Shown here piece by piece: positions 39,950-45,609 of a DNA stretch of 45,609 bases. The notes under the pieces are model-generated. The model made no database searches. It saw only the letters and a program-made list of their open reading frames with translations, and had not been told where the DNA came from. The position numbers were made by a program, and so were the translations under genes. This stretch comes from an uncultured Collinsella sp. (GTDB taxonomy: Bacteria; Actinomycetota; Coriobacteriia; Coriobacteriales; Coriobacteriaceae): NCBI GenBank assembly GCA_900554595.1, contig USHZ01000001.1, forward strand, positions 1-45,609. The letters run 5' to 3'. Within the stretch, counting starts at the first letter, position 1, and each line of letters begins with the position of its first letter.

Positions 39950-40576
39950 ATGTCTACCAAGATTGAAGTCAATGCCATGGGCGATGCCTGCCCGCTGCCC
40001 GTCGTCAAGACGCTCAAGGCCCTCAAGCAGCTCGATGGCGAGGGCGCCGTCGTGACCTCGGTCGATAACGAGACCGCCGTCAAGAACATCTCCAAGATGG
40101 CGCAGGAGAAGGGCTGTACGGCCACGGTCGAGAAGGTTTCTGACGCCGAGTGGCAAGTGACCGTGGCGACCTCTGGCGCCGTTGCCGTGGCCGATCCCGA
40201 GCAGGATGGCGCTGCTTTCTGTGGTGTCGGCGCCGGCAAGGGCAAGCTCGTCATTTCCGTCTACACCGACTGCATGGGCCGCGGCGACGACGAGCTGGGC
40301 CACAAGCTCATGAAGGCCTTCATCTTTGCCGTGACGCAGCAGGAGGAGCTGCCCGCGACCATGCTGTTCTACAACGGCGGCGCCAAGCTCACCGTCGAGG
40401 GCTCACCGGTACTCGACGACCTGAAGGGTCTGGCCGAGCAGGGTGTCGAGATCCTTACCTGCGGCACCTGCCTCGATCACTTTGGCATTAAGGACCAGCT
40501 CGCGGTGGGCGAGGTCACGAACATGTACGTGATCGTGGAGAAGATGGAGCAGGCTGTGCGCGTCGTGCGCCCGTAG
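39950..40576 (+). CDS. yedF: Selenium metabolism protein YedF (TusA/SirA + DsrE-like fusion)
   Basis: N-terminal GDACPLPVV (TusA CPxP), C-terminal MGRGDDELG, FYNGG, CGTCLDHF. Confidence 0.9.
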   Translation: MSTKIEVNAMGDACPLPVVKTLKALKQLDGEGAVVTSVDNETAVKNISKMAQEKGCTATVEKVSDAEWQVTVATSGAVAVADPEQDGAAFCGVGAGKGKLVISVYTDCMGRGDDELGHKLMKAFIFAVTQQEELPATMLFYNGGAKLTVEGSPVLDDLKGLAEQGVEILTCGTCLDHFGIKDQLAVGEVTNMYVIVEKMEQAVRVVRP

Positions 40577-40594
40577 CGTTTGGGCGGGATTGCC

Positions 40595-40846
40595 ATGAGA
40601 GAAAAGCGCCCTGCGCTTGTCATCACGTTTCCTACCACGGCGGCCGCCATGGGGTGCGAGACCCTATGCATCGAGCGCGGCCTTCCCGGGCGCACGATTC
40701 CCGTGCCCGGAGAGGTCGCTGCCGGATGCGGCTTGGCGTGGAAAGCGCTGCCTTCGGATGAGGATCTGCTGCGCGGCGAGCTTGCCGCGGCGGGCGTTCC
40801 CACCGAGGGCTTTACCGTGATCGATATGTGGGAGGTCGTGCGATGA
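40595..40846 (+). CDS. DUF3343 family small protein
   Basis: ITFPTTAAAM, IPVPGEVAAGCGLAW motif; stop overlaps next ATG (ATGA). Confidence 0.82.
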   Translation: MREKRPALVITFPTTAAAMGCETLCIERGLPGRTIPVPGEVAAGCGLAWKALPSDEDLLRGELAAAGVPTEGFTVIDMWEVVR

Positions 40847-41982
40847 TCTACCTGGATAACGCGGCGACGACCATGCACAAGCCGCAGGCGGTGATCGATG
40901 CCGTGGCGCAGGCGATGTGCTCGCTCGGCAATGCCGGACGCGGCGCGACGTCGGGCGCGCTCGACGCTGCGCGTACCATCCACGGCTGCCGCACTAAGAT
41001 TGCGTGCCTGTTGGGATGCCCGCGGGCTGACCATGTGTGCTTTACGCCTAACTCGACGGCGGCGCTCAACACGGCCATTAACGGCGTGGTGCGCCCCGGC
41101 GATCGTGTGGTCACGACGGTGCTCGAGCACAACTCCGTGCTGCGTCCGCTCAACCGCCTGGCGGCAGAGCGGGGCGTGACCGTTGAGCATGCGGGCTGCG
41201 ACGCGAACGGCGTGCTCGACTATGACGAGCTTGAGCGGCTGGTCACGCCGGGCACGCGTGCCGTGGTGGTGGCGCACGCCTCCAATGTGACCGGCAACGC
41301 GGTCGACATTGCGCGCGTGGCCGCCATGGCCCATGCGGCCGGCGCGCTGGCGATCGTCGACGCCTCTCAGTCTGCCGGTACGGCTCATATCGATATGCAG
41401 ACCATGGGGCTCGACGTCGTGTGCTTTACCGGCCACAAAGCGCTCATGGGACCTCAAGGCACCGGCGGCCTGGCCGTGGCAGAGGGCATTGACGTGGCCC
41501 CTTGGGCCATGGGTGGCACCGGTGTTCACAGCTTCGATGAGCTGCAGCCGCTTGAGTGGCCCACGCGCCTTGAGGCGGGCACGCTCAACGGCCATGGCAT
41601 CGCGGGCCTTTCCGCTGGTCTCGACTTTATCGAGGCCCAGGGTGGGGTCGAGGCGATTGCTGTCCACGAGCGTGCGCTCGCTGATCGCTTCCTTGCCGGT
41701 GTGCGCGAGATTCCGGGGATTAAGCTCTACGGTGCCTTTGACCAGCTGACGCGCTCTGCGATTGTGTCGCTCAACGTGGGTGATATCGACTCTGCCGAGA
41801 TCTCGGATGCCCTCATGCAAGGGTGGGGGATTGCGACGCGCCCCGGTGCCCATTGTGCCCCGCTCATGCACCGCGCGTTAGGCACCGAGCGCCAGGGTGT
41901 CGTTCGCTTCTCGTTTGGATATTTCAACACGACCGAAGAAGTCGACACGGCTATCGATGCTCTGCGCGATTTAGCCTGCTAA
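40843..41982 (+). CDS. Class V PLP aminotransferase: cysteine desulfurase / selenocysteine lyase-like
   Basis: YLDNAATT, EHNSV, HASNVTG, DASQSAG, TGHKALMGPQGTG, EAGT, RPGAHCAP catalytic Cys. Confidence 0.92.
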   Translation: MIYLDNAATTMHKPQAVIDAVAQAMCSLGNAGRGATSGALDAARTIHGCRTKIACLLGCPRADHVCFTPNSTAALNTAINGVVRPGDRVVTTVLEHNSVLRPLNRLAAERGVTVEHAGCDANGVLDYDELERLVTPGTRAVVVAHASNVTGNAVDIARVAAMAHAAGALAIVDASQSAGTAHIDMQTMGLDVVCFTGHKALMGPQGTGGLAVAEGIDVAPWAMGGTGVHSFDELQPLEWPTRLEAGTLNGHGIAGLSAGLDFIEAQGGVEAIAVHERALADRFLAGVREIPGIKLYGAFDQLTRSAIVSLNVGDIDSAEISDALMQGWGIATRPGAHCAPLMHRALGTERQGVVRFSFGYFNTTEEVDTAIDALRDLAC

Positions 41983-42004
41983 AGCTGCTAGAGCGTATAT
42001 ACTT

Positions 42005-42035
42005 GCGGGACGGGTCTTTTGCCCGTCCCGTTTTT
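42005..42035 (+). terminator. Terminator closing the selenium cluster
   Basis: GCGGGACGGGT / GCCCGTCCCGT + T-run. Confidence 0.75.
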
Positions 42036-42058
42036 GTTTCGACCTGAAAGGTGTGCCT

Positions 42059-43417
42059 ATGGCCTCATCCGCCCCGCGCGGTTTGCGCTCCGACCATGTC
42101 GTTACCGTCGGCATTGCGTTGTTCTCGATGCTCTTTGGTGCCGGTAACCTCATTATTCCGCCGCTGCTGGCGCTGCAGGCAGGTTCTGCCACGCCGGTTG
42201 CCATGATCGGCTTTTTGATTGCCGCTATCGGTCTGCCTGTTATGGGCTTTATCGCCGTGGCGCTTGCCGGAACGGCGCGCGAGCTTGCTGGCCGCGTGCG
42301 CCCCAAGTTCGGCGAGTTCTTTGTCGCGGCGGTGTATCTGGCCATCGGCCCGTGCCTGGCTATTCCGCGCACGAGCTCCACGGCATTCGAGATGCTGGTG
42401 CCGCTGCTGCCCGAGGGTATTTCGCTCGGCACGGCACGTCTGGTATTTGCCATCGGGTTCTTCGTGGTCGCGTTTGTACTCACGCTTCGCCCGGGCGTCA
42501 TCACGCGCGTGCTCGGCCGCATTACGGGTCCCGCGCTCATTGCGCTCATCGTGCTGGTCGTTGGTGCTGCCGTGATCTCGCCGCTGGGTCCCGCTGCCGC
42601 GCCTCAGGCTCCCTACGATGCAGGCGCTGCCGTGCAGGGCTTTCTGACTGGCTATCAGACCATGGACCTGCTCGCGTCGCTCGCCTTTGGCATCATCATC
42701 GCCGAGACCATCCATGAGTTGGGTGTGACTGATGACAAGCGCGTGGCCTTCGAGATCTCGCGCTCCGGTGTGATCGCTGGCGTGCTCATGGCCATCATCT
42801 ACTGCGGCCTGGCGCTTGCCGGCATGCAGCTCGGCACGGTTATGCCCGATGCTACCAACGGTGCCGCCATCCTCGCCCGTTCGGCCTCTATGCACTTTGG
42901 CCTTGCTGGCACGGTTGTCGTCTTTGCGATTTTCTTCCTCGCCTGCATGAATGTCTGCATTGGCCTTATTAGCTGCTGCTCGCGTTACTTCTGCGAGACG
43001 TATGTGGTCGAAGGGGGAGCGGAGGCTTCCGAGGAGGCCATGCGCCGTCCCTTTGCGGCTCTCGCCTTTGTGTTCGCGGCGTTTTCGTGCGTGCTCTCCA
43101 ACGTGGGCCTCGACATGATCCTCATGTTCTCGGTGCCCATGCTCAACGCCTTGTATCCCGTTGCCATCGTGCTGGTACTGATGGGCCTGGTGCACGGCTT
43201 TTGCGACGCTCATCCGCAGGTGTGGGTCTGGGTCGGCGGCGTGGTTGCCGTGCAGAGTGTGATCACCTCGGTCCGCGACGCGTTCTTTGCGAGCGCGTGG
43301 TTGCCGTTCGATGCGCTGCCGCTGGCGGACATTGGAGCTGCATGGGCGCCGGTCGCCGTGGCGGCGTTCGTGATTGGGCTGCTCCATAGCCAGTTTGTCG
43401 CACATTCGAGGAGCTAG
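42059..43417 (+). CDS. brnQ: Branched-chain amino acid:cation symporter
   Basis: FSMLFGAGNLIIPP, GPCLAIPRT, GYQTMDLLASLAFG, LYPVAIVL. Confidence 0.93.
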   Translation: MASSAPRGLRSDHVVTVGIALFSMLFGAGNLIIPPLLALQAGSATPVAMIGFLIAAIGLPVMGFIAVALAGTARELAGRVRPKFGEFFVAAVYLAIGPCLAIPRTSSTAFEMLVPLLPEGISLGTARLVFAIGFFVVAFVLTLRPGVITRVLGRITGPALIALIVLVVGAAVISPLGPAAAPQAPYDAGAAVQGFLTGYQTMDLLASLAFGIIIAETIHELGVTDDKRVAFEISRSGVIAGVLMAIIYCGLALAGMQLGTVMPDATNGAAILARSASMHFGLAGTVVVFAIFFLACMNVCIGLISCCSRYFCETYVVEGGAEASEEAMRRPFAALAFVFAAFSCVLSNVGLDMILMFSVPMLNALYPVAIVLVLMGLVHGFCDAHPQVWVWVGGVVAVQSVITSVRDAFFASAWLPFDALPLADIGAAWAPVAVAAFVIGLLHSQFVAHSRS

Positions 43418-43428
43418 GGTTTCTGCGC

Positions 43429-43457
43429 TTGCACAGGCGGGGAGTCTCCCCTATAAT
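43429..43457 (+). promoter_or_regulatory. Sigma70-type promoter of tRNA-Pro/Gly
   Basis: TTGCAC-N17-TATAAT. Confidence 0.75.
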
Positions 43458-43508
43458 TTCCTTCGCTTTGGGACACGCAAGGTTTAGACCTTAGCTGCTC
43501 AACACCTT

Positions 43509-43585
43509 CGGGACGTGGCGCAGTTTGGTAGCGCGCCTGCTTTGGGAGCAGGATGTCGCAGGTTCAAATCCTGTCGTCCCGACCA
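43509..43585 (+). tRNA. tRNA-Pro (anticodon TGG)
   Basis: CGGGACG/CGTCCCG acceptor, CCTGC-TTTGGGA-GCAGG, GGTTCAAATCC, CCA. Confidence 0.97.
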
Positions 43586-43591
43586 TATCTT

Positions 43592-43665
43592 GCGGGCGTA
43601 GTTCAATGGTAGAACCCCAGCCTTCCAAGCTGATGACGCGGGTTCGATTCCCGTCGCCCGCTCCA
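43592..43665 (+). tRNA. tRNA-Gly (anticodon TCC)
   Basis: GCGGGCG/CGCCCGC acceptor, CAGC-CTTCCAA-GCTG, GGTTCGATTCC, CCA. Confidence 0.97.
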
Positions 43666-43944
43666 TAAGAATTGTTTTAACGGCTTTGGTTTCCTTTGGG
43701 GATCAGAGCTGTTTTCGTTTACGCGCCGGGCGACGGGAATCGAACCCGCTAGGGTGCGGAGCTGAGAAAATGCGTGAGCATTTTCCAGCGCAGCACGCAA
43801 GGGCCGAAGGCCCGCAGCGAAACAAGGATTTGCGAAGCAAATCCTTGGACTTCCCGTCGCCCGCTCCATAAGAATTGTTTTAACGGCTTTGGTTCCTTTT
43901 GGGACCAGAGCCATTTTCGTAAGTGTACGGGGCAACGGGAATCG
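43648..43944 (+). repeat. tRNA-Gly 3'-end-linked direct repeat (period 203 bp) with internal antisense tRNA segment
   Basis: 44-nt exact repeat starting at 43648 and 43851, similarity continuing ~95 nt; 23-nt perfect reverse complement of tRNA 43638-43660 at 43727-43749. Confidence 0.9.
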
Positions 43945-44117
43945 ATGCCGCCCCGCGCCCCTCCTAAGTTCCGGTGAAATACGGACTGTCTATTGGCTTT
44001 TGCGAACCCACTGAAGGTCGGGTAGCTAATTTGGGATGGGGCTATTTGATTGCTTTAGCGATTGGCTGGCAAATGTGGTCAAAAAGCCCTGTTCCAAAAT
44101 GACTGGTTCGGTGCTGA

Positions 44118-44277
44118 GCCACGAAAGCGGCCCATCTACTACGTTTGGCCTGCAGGGGTCGACCATAGCCGCATTTTCGGAAAATCGGCAAGCCGTCTAC
44201 CAGCGGTTTTGATTTTTCGGATTTCGGTATGGTTGAGGGCAATCGGTTAAACGTAGTAGATGGGCCCATTTCGTGGC
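44118..44277. repeat. 160-bp MITE-like palindromic element family 2, copy B (inverted relative to copy A)
   Basis: GCCACGAAAGCGGCCCATCTACTACGTTT / AAACGTAGTAGATGGGCCCATTTCGTGGC terminal IRs. Confidence 0.75.
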
Positions 44278-44328
44278 GAACGGTGTGATTCGCGGTCCAA
44301 GGCTGCCGGTTTCGGATGGCCAGCCTTG

Positions 44329-44397
44329 AAGTTGCGGTGAATTAATTTCTGAAAAGCGCGAATAAGCCTAATCCAGGAACTATTTCACCGCGACTTA
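44329..44397. repeat. Palindromic element family 3, copy B
   Basis: AAGTTGCGGTGAA...CTATTTCACCGCGACTTA ends match 25591-25661. Confidence 0.7.
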
Positions 44398-44409
44398 GAA
44401 AGGATAGGT

Positions 44410-44865
44410 TTAGCTGCGGGGGCGGTGGCGGAGCTTGTCGATGGTGGCGTCGGTGCTGCGGTTGCGGGCTTCGGCTGAGGTTTGGCGCTTGCGGCGGTAG
44501 TCGATCATGCCTTGGATGATGGGCTTGCCAAAGCTCACGACATCATCGTTATAGATAGCGGTTCGGGCTGCGAGGAGGCAGTCGGTAAAGTCCATATGGG
44601 TCTTGCCAAAGAGTTTGACGGCAAGGGCGACAACGGTGGGCTCGTCGACCATGACGTCATCGAGCAGTCTTTTCATGGCCGCAGCAATCTCAACGCGGGG
44701 AACCTTATAGACGTCGCGCAGCGTGACCACGACGCGCGTGATGATTTCGGGGTAGACACGAGCGGTGCGGGTGGCGATGACCTTGGCGGCGCGCGGTGAC
44801 AGAACCTCGTCGTCGTTAAGCAGGTAGCGTAGGATGACGGTCTCGTCGATGATGGTGCTACTCAT
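44410..44865 (-). CDS. PIN-domain (VapC-like) protein, putative toxin
   Basis: IIDETVILRYLLND N-terminus, DFTDCLLAA; overlaps upstream antitoxin by 8 nt. Confidence 0.8.
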   Translation of the reverse strand: MSSTIIDETVILRYLLNDDEVLSPRAAKVIATRTARVYPEIITRVVVTLRDVYKVPRVEIAAAMKRLLDDVMVDEPTVVALAVKLFGKTHMDFTDCLLAARTAIYNDDVVSFGKPIIQGMIDYRRKRQTSAEARNRSTDATIDKLRHRPRS

Positions 44866-45181
44866 GGATATCTACTTCCTCGGGACCCAAAACCGAATCG
44901 TCGCTTTCCGTAGCAAGGTATTCAATCCAGGCATTGCGTTCCTCAGAGCGGCGATTGGGGTCCCCATATGCTTTGAGCGATCCATAGGCGGCGGTGCCGT
45001 CCTTTGAGCGTACGGCGACTGGCTGAAAGGGGAGCTTGCACATCAAAATGCTCTGAGCGACAAATAGGCGGACGGCCTCGGCGAGCGAGGTGCCCATGGC
45101 GTCGTAGAGGCGCTCGGCATGCTGCTTGTCATCTTCGCGGATGCGCACCTGCAGGATGGCTCTTTTTTGAGTCGATGACAT
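44858..45181 (-). CDS. RelB/DinJ-family antitoxin
   Basis: LQVRI.EDDKQHAE.LY.AMG.SL.EAVRLFV.QS.....LPF pattern; GGGAGG SD before ATG 45181. Confidence 0.85.
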   Translation of the reverse strand: MSSTQKRAILQVRIREDDKQHAERLYDAMGTSLAEAVRLFVAQSILMCKLPFQPVAVRSKDGTAAYGSLKAYGDPNRRSEERNAWIEYLATESDDSVLGPEEVDIHE

Positions 45182-45609
45182 CGCTGGCCTCCCTTTATTA
45201 GCGTGCAATATGGATGGTCAAATACGGCACGTGCCGATACTTGGCAATCATATATCCAATACTTTATTGCACTCAAGTTTATGAGTGTAAACATTACTAC
45301 AAGCGTAGTACATCTTTAAAAGAAGAGCGTGAAATCTCTCGCGGCGTACGCGTGTAATACACTCATCTCTATATCTAAGCAAGAATAATTCTAACCAGCA
45401 CAAACCCCTGCAATACACACGTATTGCAGGGGTTACGCTCAAGATTACCCCCTGCAACTGCGTATATTCAACCTGTATACCGTTGGAGGAATCTTATCGA
45501 AGTGCCTGTTTCGCCGCATGCATTCGATACGCCGATGCCGGACCACGGGCGGTTCGGGGCAACGTCGACAGGGTCTCTCCGGCATGGGATTCAGGAGGGA
45601 GTGAACAAC

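Noticed and set aside
43648..43944. CRISPR array or prophage attL/attR
   Set aside because: Only two copies, tRNA-derived, with no cas or integrase gene; the enclosed segment is ~200 bp.
45534..45609. Structured leader and SD (AGGAGGG) at the window end
   Set aside because: The downstream gene lies outside the window and cannot be assigned.

Overview
High-GC (roughly 60% by eye) chromosomal segment of an anaerobic gut actinobacterium, most likely Coriobacteriia/Collinsella-like. That assignment is inferred from gene content, GAAAGG-type SD sites and a Tat-lipoprotein ModA; no database search was run. Housekeeping content: gdhA (partial), an XdhD/YgfM-like molybdenum hydroxylase pair, tRNA-Leu, tig-clpP-clpX, argG, argH, ndk, rpiB, a YhaM-like cysteine desulfidase, rpsA, RNase P RNA, yigZ, metY, an MFS transporter, xpt, arfB, a lipid kinase, a CLC-F fluoride exporter, moeA-mog, modABC, brnQ, tRNA-Pro/tRNA-Gly and a RelB-PIN toxin-antitoxin pair. 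The best candidate for an undescribed system is a co-oriented selenium/Fe-S cluster at 34.2-42.0 kb: two double-cubane-type (YjiM/DCCP) reductases, an ATP-dependent activator, a GT4 glycosyltransferase overlapping a selenocysteine-containing SelD (in-frame UGA plus SECIS, split by the ORF track), YedF, DUF3343 and a PLP desulfurase/Sec-lyase. It is preceded by a UGA-ending leader ORF embedded in a SECIS-like hairpin. Intergenic DNA carries several palindromic repeat families. One has three copies that share a conserved loop but have unrelated, compensated stems. Another is a tRNA-Gly-linked unit with both a sense and an antisense copy of the tRNA 3' end.
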